From the NCBI GenBank assembly GCA_032718475.1, contig JAUCBJ010004319.1, positions 1,276-65,275 on the forward strand: a stretch of DNA of 64,000 nt. Reading direction: 5' to 3'. The position numbers and the translations under genes are program-made. Shown one piece after another: positions 46,501-56,482 of the stretch. Position 1 is the first letter of the stretch; the number at the start of each line of letters is the position of its first letter. The DNA comes from Nemertoderma westbladi (lineage: Eukaryota > Animalia > Xenacoelomorpha). The notes under the pieces are model-generated. The model was not told the DNA's origin. It saw nothing but the letters and a program-made list of their open reading frames with translations, and searched no databases.

Positions 46501-49500
46501 TTTTTTTTCATTTTGAAATACTTTCGAACCCCATTAGTTCAAGCCTCTCCCGCTAGAGGGCTACATGTCTAATCATGTAGACTACCATTTCTTTACTTTT
46601 AATCCGTTGAAACTGAATCTTTTCAGATAGGTACTAGACTATTAGCGGTGTATTTCGAAGGGCGGCTAATCCGTATGCAGTTTTACAGCCTTCAACTGAA
46701 AAGTTCAAAAGTGATATCCTTTCCAAATCCTTGATTTTGTTCTGTTTAAGTACTTGATCACCTGCTGCGTTTTGGTGAGGAAAGTGATCTGTCTGCAGTT
46801 CTGCAGTCTACCGCTAGTGGGCTGAAATGTTAACATTACAGAAATGTCTGGAATGAAAATCTTAAGCGGTTTCGTTGACACACGACATGCAGAAAAACAG
46901 ACAAGGATTCAGACAAACAAGGACATTGTTGATTGACAGAGAGACAGACATACAGAAGATGAGATACAGACAGACAGACAGGTAACACGGTAGACAAGGC
47001 TAAACAGACATGCGAGGCCTCCCTAACGAATTTGGCTCACCCCTCATCTCCCATTACAAACAATTGTTTCCTGTTGAATAAATTTTTATTGGACTTCATC
47101 AAATATATATCTAATTAAGACTAACCAATCCCAATATACATTACAATAAGATACTAACAATCATTGGATGTATTTCGCCTCAGGGATGCACTCCTGGCGT
47201 AAATTCCTCTTTAGCCTTTATTGTAGCAGTATAATTAAGGAGTCAGATTATACACGGTTTACGATTTATATAGGAATTTTATCTACATTTGGAGATAAAT
47301 ACGAACAACGTCGTTATTTTGTATAAATATTTCAGGTTTTCATTTTTGATGAAAACAAAAATGTTTTTATTTTAATACGAATTACTTTAAATTCTATCTT
47401 ATGTACATCTTCACTATCTAGACCTCCACTATCTTCTACACTGTTTAAGTGAGCAGTTAGCGTATAAGGGGCCGGGCCATGCATAATAATGATTGCACAA
47501 AAATAATGTTCCTTGATAAGCAAAAAGTATCGGTAAGAAACACCTATTAATTGTCACTAATTTTTATTGACCAAAATTATTATTTTATTATTATTATTAA
47601 ATATTTAAATATTATATTATTAAATATTATTTAATTATTATTTTTTTTTAATTATTATAATTATTCCGTCAGTCTGGAGTGTTTTGAATTTTTGTGAAAA
47701 GGAGTTATTTTTTTCTTGGAGTTCTACTTTTTTGAATACAGTAATGAATTATCTGAAATATTAAACGAGTCACCTGTACTAATTGTTCATTTCATTTACA
47801 TTATAGGTATGACAGTATCTGCTGCGTACCAAAATTTAAATTTTTTAAAAAAATTTCAAAAATGATATTCTTTTGCGGTTTTGATACAGAGGCTAATTTT
47901 CGGCGCTGATTCCGAAAATTCGAAATTTTTGGGTGTTTGATGGTCTTTTTTGGTGTCAAATGTGTGCTGCATCAAAATTAAAATTTTTCAAATTTTGGGT
48001 GAAAATTACAAAAGTTGCCATAACTCGAGAACGAGACAACTTTTCGAAAACTGATTTCAGATTCGGAATCACCATAAAATTTTACATCGGAAAACACATT
48101 AAAAAAATCTGATGAAAAAAAGACTGGGGGTGAACTAGTTTAAACGGGATCAGACTTTTCGGGATTTCCGGGATCGGGACCGGGATTATCATTCTCGGGA
48201 TCCCGATGTCCGGGATCGTGATTGCAATTTTGGATTAAATTCCTTAACGTTAATAGTATATGTGGCGGGTTTTGGGTAACTCTCACTTTATCTTACACTT
48301 CTGAAATATTAGTAAGATAAAGTTATACAGTACAGTAGTAAAATATTTAACGATTTACAGAAAAGAAGTTTAATGACATAAATAGTCGATATAATCAAAA
48401 CATTTCCGTTCTGCTGGAAATATTTATCAGCTATTCACATAATTTACTTCACTATTTTTTATACTTCGGGATCCCGGTACAAAAAAATCAGGATCGGGAC
48501 CGGGATTGTATTCCTCCCCCCCCCCCCCCCCCCCCCCCCCTTCAGTGACTTTATTCTTTAATAAAACATGTTGCGATGTATTGTTACTGTAGTGTTACAA
48601 AATAAACTGAACTGTAGTATTTTGCTATATTGCTTTCGATCCTGCGATTCAAATTATTGTACTTTTCAACTCCTGATGCTACCTTACTCGATGTTAAATA
48701 ATTTAATAATGAAACTGCCTATTAATAGGCCAGGGTAGTTCTCGTCAAGAGTTGAGCCGTTCAAAAACACGATGTGGTTGTGTGTGTGTGTGTGTGTATA
48801 ACCATCCAATATCTCAAAAACTCAAGCAGGTACGCAAAAATTTTAATAACAAACTCTCCATAAATTTTGGTTGCGCACAAGACTGGCGTTTCGATCACGG
48901 GGTCACTGAAAAATAGCAGTTTTGAAAGTTTTCGAATTTCACCGATTTTCTTTTCTTCGAGTATGCACCAACTTTTTTATTTGGGTTATTCAATTATTTG
49001 AGCAACATATTTGAGCCTCAGAATCTTCTCAAATATCGCCAATCTCGCACAGAACGTCGCCAAAATTTGTTAGTCCGGCAAAAAAACGCACAAATTCGTC
49101 TAATGGAGTAAATTATTGGTTGCAGAATAATATGATTCAACTAGAAAAGCCAGCAAGCTGGCTATATAAGGAGACCGTCCATAGACAAACGTAGTGTTAG
49201 TTGGGTCCCTCCTCATTCATTATTATCAACCTACAGTATAAAACATTTGAACGGCCCAGTGCTTACAATTCAATCAGCTGGCCTCCAACCGAACATAGCA
49301 TTGAGTAACCTTATAGATATTCCCATAGGATTCACTGGGAAGAGCTATTCAGCTGTCGGAGTAATACATTATACAAACTAACAGTTGATGTTTGATTACT
49401 GTCTGGGATAGAGTGAGAGAGTAATAAATTTAGCAAGTACTCTGATATAAGCCTATTTCTGTGCTGTTTGGGCCTATCCATTCAATCAATAGTACAGTAG

Positions 49501-52124
49501 TTGCTTACTAGGCGGCCCTCATGAGTACCAGCAGCAGCTGGTGTTTCTATCGTTGAGTTGATGGTAATTTTCGTGTTTTCATTTTCACTCACTCAGGGTA
49601 CTGATTTGAGGGGCAGGTTCGTTTAAAGCCAGTTTGCTGGCTTTCTAGTGTTATCGAATATTTATTACGAAACTAGAGAGCCGCTTTAACTACACAAACC
49701 AATATTGGATATTGAGTTCCGTTTTGGGTGGGCGCGTGTTAGAATTTTTTTTTCTTCATATTCATGTGGGGCGAGCCACGCAGTCGGGGCGAGACTTAGC
49801 GCACAATTATAATTAGTAAATAGGGCAAAATTTCATGTCCTTCTGTCGTCTGTCTGTCTGTCTATCTGTCTGTCCGTCTGTAATGAAAAATTCATTCGTA
49901 AATAACTTTTGAAGTATAAAATTCCAATATTTTTGAAAGTTACGGGCAAATACCTCTCGAACTTTTAACTCCAGATCAAATCGAACTTGTTTCGAACTTG
50001 CTCAAGTTCGCGTGCTGCGCGACGCCCCACGAACGTGTCCCTTTAGACACTAATAAAATCTACAGTAACTTGGTGAAGATTTTGTACTAAACGAAATGTA
50101 TATTAAATAATTAGTAGTAACTAGTAGTGCGGAGAACATGTGGGAATGCGGGAGTAGTAAATATTACAGGGAAAGAAATTCAGCACCCGCAAACAAAAAT
50201 AAGTTAACGGTTGTGTTGTAAATTCTATTTGGTCTGATGGAGGACTATAGTCAGAAAGCTAGCATTGTATGCCTTAATATTTTAATTTAATTTTAATTTT
50301 TTTTAATTAATTTTAAATTAAACCATTATTGAGTGGTCGTCATAACACAGGAATTTTTTTGATTATCAGACATTCTTCTCTGTCATGTCAGGTGCTCCTA
50401 GCATGCAGTAGTGCTATTATTTTAATATAATTAATATTTAAAATAAATTTATAAAATCATGCTGTCAATAATTTATCGTGGTAACAAAACAACTATATTA
50501 GCTAAACTAGTAGGTAACAACTAGAGACTATCATGATAAAGAATAAATTTATAAAGGTATTACGCAAATGATAAGTGTTCTGGCTATTTCGTTGTTATTT
50601 CTGTGTGAGGAGTGCATTACACATATATTTGGTATAATACCTCTTGTGGAGTTGATCTACGTGGCATGGAATGCCACTCACTCAATTGGTGGTAGCGTTT
50701 CCTTGTGTAGTCGTGGCTTGGCTTGTGAAATGTACTTGACTTTTACCCTAACCATATCCTGAATGTTATGTTAATTCCGGCACTCAATATTTGATAAAAG
50801 TATTATTCTTTCACGTGTATAATAATAATATTGTTTGTGAGGGGAGATATTATAGTACCATAGCCATTTGACACTACAAGTTTCAATATGTTGTCTTGCA
50901 ATATGTGTATCTAATCTGCATTACTCTATAATTGCAGGTTACAGTGCTGCAGATATTACATTGATTTATTTTTTTTAATATTTTTATAGATAGCACATAA
51001 TGTTATCCAATTAGTGAGAATAAAGGCATTACCAATAATAGCATTATAATTAGCTTTATTTTATAGTTTTGGTCTATTCGACTATTTAGTTTTAGTGAAC
51101 AAATCAATACAATTTTGGAAATAATACATTATTTACTTTGAATTTGGAATTATCTCTATCTATACCCAAAGCATAAACTCCCTTTAATTATTTGCGTGGA
51201 TATTTGCCTGTAACTTTATGCTATTTATATCGCTTTGTAGCGACTTCAGTTATTAGCTACATTGGTTATGAATGGATGTTTTCCTATTAGGAGGCGGAAA
51301 GGTTTCAGTTTATTGAAGGGCCGCACCACATCAACTACAGCCCAGGTCCATGGCAACTCAATACCGTTCGGTCTCGATTCATCAGCCCTGTCGCATAGCG
51401 ACCATCGTAAACAGGTATGCAAATACGGTATTAAATCAAGGACTTCTAGAAATTATATTATAAATATATATAATAACTTATATTTAGTATTTATTCTTAA
51501 AACATCAGAAAATACAAATTATCCATACGTATACAATATTAAAATACACCACAGTCACCAGAAACAAGGAAAAATATAGTTTCTTTTGAGTATTTATATA
51601 AATTTTTCTTATTATAAATTTTTCTGTCCTACAACAAACAACCTTAAGCCAAAAAAATAATGTTGATATTTTTACCACATTTCTCATCAATTAATGGTAT
51701 ACATGCAGACACAAACTTTGTTGATATTGTTTCAATCTTAACCAACTTATTTTAGTTGTTAATGTTAAAGGCCCCGCTTGTGGTGTTCACATATAACCAT
51801 ATTTTTAAGCGTTATCTGAAACATGTACCTTTCAAACTTTATTAAAGCGCTTCCAATGAGTTCCAGAGCAAATGGTTCAAAGTCCATATCCTGAGAAATA
51901 CTGTCAAAACAGCTGCTAAACTGCAGACTTACTTAACCCTATTGAGCTCTAATTAACTATGTCTATTAGGGCGATGGTAGTAACTCCCCCGCTAAGCTCT
52001 CGTCGTCCTCCACAACCAGCCACAACGGCAGTGTCGTCGAGACAGACTCCGGTATAGGAGGGGCCAAAGACAGACCAGATAGCGAGAACAGTTACATATC
52101 TACCGGCTCGGTTGATAAGCTTGG
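13320..52124 (+). CDS. NHS: NHS / NHSL / GUK-holder family actin-remodelling regulator, 3'-incomplete. Exons 13320-13581, 14474-14622, 17508-17693, 33685-33864, 33973-34180, 34902-35118, 51291-51414, 51970-52124
   Basis: N-terminus MPFLYRTVAP...DVTNASIVVLIHQLSSLVQHADDIFEGI...LDAKSVKIPE is a WAVE-homology domain of NHS/Gukh type. The NHS motif PLPTPEEVIRRQA..LVEIDISGQPFQRLHSYRRSL..RRRRRR spans exons 4-5. All introns are GT-AG and the phases (1,0,0,0,1,2,0,2) join without stops. The symbol denotes the family, not a resolved ortholog. Confidence 0.88.
14474..14622 (+). CDS. NHS: NHS-like exon 2 ((P)ETTLMTFARRTKTW...ACSDTSQ)
   Basis: Acceptor tttgctcgcag; donor CAG|GTTAGA; completes the P codon after VKI, as in NHS/Gukh. 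Confidence 0.85.
14938..15140 (+). mobile_element. tRNA-derived SINE (related 5'-truncated copy at 34278-34430)
   Basis: Pol III A box TGGCGTAGTGA (14948) and B box GGTTCGATCCC (15001). The body TAAATGAGTAC..CTGGGGAGTAAAG..AATCCCTGGC.TA.CGGC is partly shared with 34278-34430. Confidence 0.65.
17508..17693 (+). CDS. NHS: NHS-like exon 3 (ILDTYDTYRRALP...GLLRR)
   Basis: TACTAAC branch point at ~17478, acceptor cgtttag, donor GTTAGT; GC-rich and open; phase 0-0. Confidence 0.8.
19921..22140 (-). CDS. hATm-type DDE transposase (739 aa from the first ATG)
   Basis: Uninterrupted ORF with GLYFDGR, GCDGTNTNTG, CLLHINELPLRH (CxxH), HSRW and HSQGVER motifs. Confidence 0.92.
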   Translation of the reverse strand: MDTRQTVKRFYGYPAELPGSQLPTTGDVLRYCRLVKQKHRETVDWDKQELKLRPMAETVAKSVLDIYDKASVPAYTLDGIIQKILREWELVQSKLEGVNKSRRIQPFFVDRLDEFNKKFDSLFDVVSDGDISPIELQFVGDQREPRTLHIGGVDQKFQAKQKREEYRMSLEHSEYHSNLRQLEHQTDGSQSIDQDDCSSIVGDEGADNVQPSNNDCPEQSSSQNRIQFDNVSREADRFRISDRAAAAITTAAIQDICGMEEMEFTPNLVTDRSKIRRCRAKRRLECQAISDTDAITGLYFDGRIDTTLKRDTTTNNIQKVDESHYVLVKEPGNVYVGHISPMNGTAPTIVDNIVNFLEDNGLSYGDLCVVGCDGTNTNTGQKAGVICLLEKHIQSPVHWAVCLLHINELPLRHMFKGIDGDTSGPDGFKGQIGKQINNKVIPKLQTLDVVKYAQISSPNFVNLEDNIIADLSTDQKYLYKITLAIIQGHCPENLAKQDPGKLAHSRWVTLANRVCRLYVSTLDPTPDFKAIVHFIVTIYSALWFKIKKMPYLYQAPYNLFSLVHWTRSLSDNIKSIIDPVIQRNAYAAHSENILLGMLGDERKVIRELAVRRIIKIRALSIDSGLTVRQFRVPCVNFEAADYVDLINWAEETVPRAEPPITHKIATDQLSGFVDQSMDLDNFDGFKFPGHSQGVERMVRIVSEVSQDVLGRDNRDAIIHSRLMARRQRPHFNTKKDFQL
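22454..24045 (+). mobile_element. Helentron-associated non-autonomous element (HINE/DINE-like) nested in the hATm
   Basis: 5' GTGGGGCGAGCCACG, then a (GTC)n microsatellite and ~146/292-bp tandem core repeats. The 3' end has the inverted CGTGCTGCGCGAAGGCCCCAC followed by a short hairpin GTGTAGT-AA-ACTATAC. Relatives occur at 46318 and 49766. Confidence 0.7.
24735..24985. repeat. 39-bp tandem repeat
   Basis: TTCTGTGATAAACTGGCAGTCATTATTGTAAATCTGTGG, about 6 copies. Confidence 0.9.
25100..27100. repeat. 75/85-bp tandem satellite inside the CACTG element (~25 copies)
   Basis: Unit AACCGCCGGTTTGA[AAACTACATA]CGTGTTTATTAACAAGAACCGACAGTTTGAATATAAGACCACCATTTTTACATTTCATAAA. Confidence 0.95.
27548..27953 (+). 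mobile_element. 5'-truncated RTE-clade non-LTR retrotransposon (ORF C-terminus plus 3' UTR)
   Basis: LDGTFTRMLRR...HISNQTLY...RLRFAGHCFR...LVLWQP...DTGL...MDDRELWR is typical of RTE C-termini; (TAG)n tail. Confidence 0.85.
30820..31055 (-). mobile_element. tRNA-derived SINE with Nin/Deu central domain
   Basis: Minus strand GGGCAGGTGTAGCTCAGTTGG (A box)...GGTTCAGCCCC (B-box-like), followed by ACTCAGCCTTTCATCC..GGGGTCGATAAAATGAGTACCAG. Confidence 0.8.
33685..33864 (+). CDS. NHS: NHS-like exon 4 (...DCPLPTPEEVIRRQAAPSK)
   Basis: Acceptor actgattag, donor AAG|GTTAGT, 180 nt; contains the LPTPEE motif. Confidence 0.88.
33973..34180 (+). CDS. NHS: NHS-like exon 5 (LVEIDISGQPFQRLHSYRRSL...)
   Basis: Acceptor ctttatcag, donor G|GTGAGT; matches the NHS IPINVTGxxFDRxASxRRSL block. 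Confidence 0.88.
34902..35118 (+). CDS. NHS: NHS-like exon 6 (GTPVSRRSISDSP...ESESQGTDSDTSS)
   Basis: Acceptor catcctttcag, open frame, donor CAG|GTGAGT at 35119; phase 1-2. Confidence 0.82.
35078..44166 (+). repeat. 43/44-bp tandem array (~205 copies) derived from the exon 6 / intron 6 junction
   Basis: Unit GAGTCGGAATCACGGGGGGACAGACTCGGATACTT(CTATT/ATATT/TAAGC)AGGT. The first unit is the coding end of exon 6. Confidence 0.97.
44579..44986. mobile_element. PIF/Harbinger-like MITE
   Basis: Imperfect TIRs GGCC..CCACTGGTAA / TTACCAGTGG..GGCC, a 3-bp direct repeat TAC on both sides, and inverted GTCGTATGTC subterminal motifs. Confidence 0.6.
46318..46830 (+). mobile_element. Diverged, 3'-truncated copy of the 22454 HINE-like element
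   Basis: Colinear with 22456-22900 (ACGAAGTTGGC..ACACTGTTA.GGGGGTGG..GTCGTCG..CCGCTAGAGGG). Confidence 0.7.
48160..48512. repeat. CGGGAT(CCCG)-rich subterminal motifs of a degraded DNA transposon
   Basis: GGATCGGGACCGGGATT occurs at ~48171 and ~48491. Confidence 0.4.
49766..50062 (+). mobile_element. Short HINE-like element with the same termini as 22454-24045 and a (GTCT)n microsatellite
   Basis: GTGGGGCGAGCCACG ... CGTGCTGCGCGACGCCCCAC, then hairpin GTGTC..GACAC, then AATAAAATCT. Confidence 0.7.
51291..51414 (+). CDS. NHS: NHS-like exon 7 (RRRKGFSLLKGRTT...DHRKQ)
   Basis: Acceptor ttttcctattag; its phase-2 start fits exon 6; donor CAG|GTATGC. Confidence 0.7.
51970..52124 (+). CDS. NHS: NHS-like exon 8 (GDGSNSPAKLSSSSTTSH...TDSGIGG...SVDKL)
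   Basis: Acceptor tgtctattag; open Ser-rich frame starting in phase 0; donor GTTAGT at 52125. Confidence 0.7.
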
Positions 52125-52262
52125 GTTAGTTCAATGTAACATTGTCATCATATAATGGTAATTCAATATTGATATTTACGCACATTACATTATACCTACT
52201 CGCATGCACCACACATGCCAACATAAAATATGTCGTGAAATTATAATAGTAAATTAGATTTT

Positions 52263-53444
52263 TGTTCGCGCTTTCAGACCTTTAGCAGTTTAACCTGCCA
52301 AATTTGGGTGTCTTCTAGATTATAAATCGACTTTAGCCTATGACGAGTATTTGATACACTACATTAGCCGAAGCCAGCCTATGCGCGACCATTCACCCGC
52401 TGGATATACCCGGGAGACTGGATTCGGAAGCCTAACCTTATTGCGGTGTAGGCCTACTGTATTATTCGACTGATTGTTAATATATAATTTCTGACAAATA
52501 TTATTCACCTTCGGGAAATATTAACAGTTCCTTTAGGACGTGGCGCTCTAAATATGTAAACAGAGTTATGACTTATACTAGACACAACGGGAGGGCTATG
52601 GATTCACGTATATAGCGCATTCTTTAGGAGATGCTTTGTTATCAGTCACCACAATCATGCACACTACCGCACAATGCTGCACACAGATCTGCCGACCTTC
52701 ACTAATTTTAGTCACATATAAAGAGAACAACGACCGATACATGTAGTGCCTATGAAATAGCATTAGATTCACTTCAAAACCACTTTAATGTAAGTCGCAA
52801 TCGTTATATGTAACCGGTCTCTCTTACCTTCAGTATATCAAGAAGATTGAGGGTTTTATAATTATTTATCGATATTCCAAATATAATAATATTCCATCAA
52901 CTGATATAATTAATGACCGACAGTAAATAGCAGTAAAAATGCGGTGTTTGTAGTTGACAATATGATTAGGTGAGTTATGGTGAGATGCGATAACAGATAT
53001 ACGTTTCTATGATTAAGCCTACTAATGTTGGGCTAAAGCCTGAAACCACAGAGATTCCAAAGCCGGTCTTCTGGGCTCAGGAAAAAAGGTAAACATTGAC
53101 CCATAATGCATTGCGCGATTTCCCGGAGGTTTCTGTACAAAAAGCAGGAGAATCGCTCTGATTGGTTGACCGAACAAAGAAACAACAGAGAACAAGGAAA
53201 AAGCTACACGTGTACAGATCAGCTGTTAGCTGTCGTCATAGTAACTACACTGTTTCAAGAGGATTTAGCGTATTGCGACATAGAATTGCTAGTTATGTCC
53301 GCTAAAGTACACATACAGAAGAAATGGCTTTTTATGTCCACTAAAACACCAGTACAGTAAGGAAACGGCTTTTTATGTCCGTTAAACCAACTACAGAGTA
53401 CTTTGCGGGAAAAATAACCAGCTAATTCCGCAAAAGCTTTTACA
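52263..53444 (-). repeat. 3' LTR (1182 bp, TG...CA)
   Basis: TGTTCGCG...TTTTACA; adjacent purine-rich tract on the minus strand; matches 63698-64000. Confidence 0.9.
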
Positions 53445-53649
53445 CCGCTCCCAGAAAATTGGATTTAATTCTATAAAATATAAAAAATCACAGTTTCTAA
53501 AATATAGAAATACTCTAAACAGTTAGTTTTTCTTGCGCGGACGGCGTTTACGCAGTTTTTTGAGGCTAGCAAGAGTCCTTTTCTCTTTGGGGCGAGCCAC
53601 TTTACTAGGAGGGCTATAACCCTTGGGTAAAGGGTGCAATACAATTGCA

Positions 53650-54770
53650 TCTGAAGGTTTAGGGTTACGGTCGATGTCTCATCCATTTCGATATGCTTCT
53701 CCTCGAGCTGATTTTCCTCCGCTTATCGTTGGATGTGTTCGTCCAAAACTCTTGCAGGGAATAGGGTCGTCCAAGTTCGATATCTTCTTAGAGATTCTGA
53801 ATTTCCTGATTGAACTGAGATAAAGTTAATTCGTTTACCGCTTGGACTTGCTGCTGCAATTTACGTTTCTCTAAACAATTGTAGGTTCATTTTCCGTTCT
53901 TTTGACGAATAGTGTCCAACGCGTTTCGTACAACTCTCTCCTCCGCCTCGGTGACAGGTTGTATCGGGTTAAACAGGGACGATGATACGGTTGAATGACG
54001 ATATTAGATGTCCGCGTCCCAATCCGACTAGGTAAGATGGGCGAATATTTAGGGAGCCCACAACCGGAGTGCCACCGACTAACTGTTCGGGTAGCACTAG
54101 ATCTTTGAACAGTGAGTACAGTTCGGGAGGATCCATGATACTATTAGGATCAAGAGTCTGAGGTCTAACTAGGGAATGAGGAGGTCTGACCGAGTATTCC
54201 GGAACTCTGATCATAGGTTTATTTAAGGATTGTTTGAATCGAGCGAGCGTAGGTGATACATCGAACAAGTTTCGCTCGAAACTCCCGTAAATATAGCGTG
54301 TAAAACCGTGTTTAAAGCAACGTCTCTACGGATGTTTATGTCTTTCAGTTTGTTGGTTGGGTCTAGGGCATTCATCGTAATAATACCAAAGACGCACGTC
54401 TTGTAGGGGAAACTATATCCGGTTATATATATATATATCCGGTTATATTATCCGGTTCTTTAACGTCTTCTCTTTCGAGTCGATTTCGAATAGAATTTTC
54501 GCATTCTATTTTCAGTTTATCGTTCCGACTCCACTGGGTAGGATATTTAAATAGTACCATTTCCCTTTCGGTGTCGAAATCGTCCGTATCGTGTAAATCG
54601 ATAGGATGACCAGTAGTTAAGAAGTCCATATGCCTACCATTACGATGCGTATAGCGAGCAGTGAATTTTCGATAGTCCAATTCACGCGTAAGTTGCTCCT
54701 GGGACATCGGCGGTTCGATATAACGACCATCATCCTCCGTAGTAGTTGGACCAGCGTCGCCGCGTATCAA
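53650..54770 (-). pseudogene. Decayed extra ORF of unknown function in the 3' region of the BEL element
   Basis: ORFs 54423-54770 and 53969-54268 are linked by protein-like frames (FPLQDVRLWYYYDECPRP...; SLFNPIQPVTEAEERVVRNALDTIRQK...QQQVQAVNELTLSQFNQEIQNL) with a few stops and frameshifts. Confidence 0.45.
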
Positions 54771-56482
54771 GCTATCAACAAACGCTTGTAAAGGTAGAGT
54801 ATATCACTCCCTGATACCAAGATCATCTTCTATCAACTCAGTCATATCTGCTATACGAGTTTATCAATATTATAATGAGTTTATATTTAGGCTAGCGGGC
54901 GTCGCTGCCTACCCCTCTCGGCCCCCGGACAGCGCAAGATCCTCAGCGCTGGTGTACTTTCGCCGATGTGCCTATCGCCAACGTCGTAGCTGCACAACGA
55001 CCACAACAACCAGCAGCGAGTCACTCCACCGTCCGTCCCAAAGGCTTAGATTTACTTCAGGTTCTTACTGGAGAGTTAGGGCTACTTTCACAATTGCGAC
55101 TCGCTACTGTAAACATACTTTAGTAGTAACATTCACCTATAAACGCACAAATTCCACACAACTGTCACAAACCGCACACATTCGGGCCATTTGTCCGTTA
55201 GTCAGTGCCTTCCAGAATGCCACGTTATTATTATGTATCCTTGGATACTAGCAGTGTGCTATTTATTCCCTATGCTATTCAATGGGGCAAGCCTTTATTG
55301 TTCTTTTAACTCACTTCTAATTCTAGCGTGGGTGTTGCTATGGTGACATTATGGAAAGCTAGCGGTAGAATTAGGGTAATTCTCATGCATACAGATCTGG
55401 GATGCTATTTAATAGTAATTCTTTAATTGTCAATATCCCCTTTATACATGATTTTATGAATTTTATCGGCTATTGACTATATATTGGAGATTCTCGCACA
55501 CTAATACACTTAATAGGGTGAATCTCCGCTCCCATGATCTATTAATTAATGGAATTTTGGGAATGTTATAAATTGTATAAAAATGACAATTTATCAAATT
55601 CATTAAAACATGAATTTAAATTTATTCCCGTAAATTTTATTATTTAATATTAAATGGACACAATTTTATTCCAGAACATGTCTGGGGACTAGGATCCTTG
55701 ATTCTAGGAAATTGGTCTTTTTAAGAATATCGGTAAGTGCTACGATATCTTAATAGACTAGAATTTTAAAGGATCTAAAATTTGACAGATTTTGTAAATA
55801 TTAATAATTAATATTTAGGATGGGCACCAGTTTATTCCAGAACTTGTCTGGGGACGTTAACCACTGATTCTAGAATTTTGTCTTTCAAGTATATCGGTGG
55901 GTGCCGCGATATCTTAATCGACTAGAATTACAGATGGTCAAAGGGTTTAACAGATTTATTTGCGTTGTACGCTACTGTTAAAGGGACATCACGCTACTAT
56001 ATGTATTATTTAATATACGGTATGAGAGCAATATCGCACGAAGCAATGTCAGTGAGAAGAGGCAAGTCGTTTCCAAGGTCTACCCAGAGCTTGGTTTAGC
56101 CGAGACACGAGGATCTGAATTTTGCATTCCTAATACTCTACTTTACCAATAATACTTGAATATAGTAGGAGCTTTATTGTACTTTAATAAGTACGGATAT
56201 TTCATCTTACTGTAGTTACGTATTTGTAATGTAATACGGACAGTAAGGAAAGAGAAAAAGAATTATTTCTCGCCGTCGCACTAAATATATAATATATAAG
56301 TAATTAAGTAATAAACGCGAATATATATTGCACTAATCTACTAGATAATCGCTAAAATAACATTCTACTAAATAAAATTAAAGAAAACGATTATAATAAA
56401 ATTACATAATAATACATACATAAATATAAAATAATAAAAACAAATATAAAATAATATAGTCACACACCCACTCCAGACGCTG

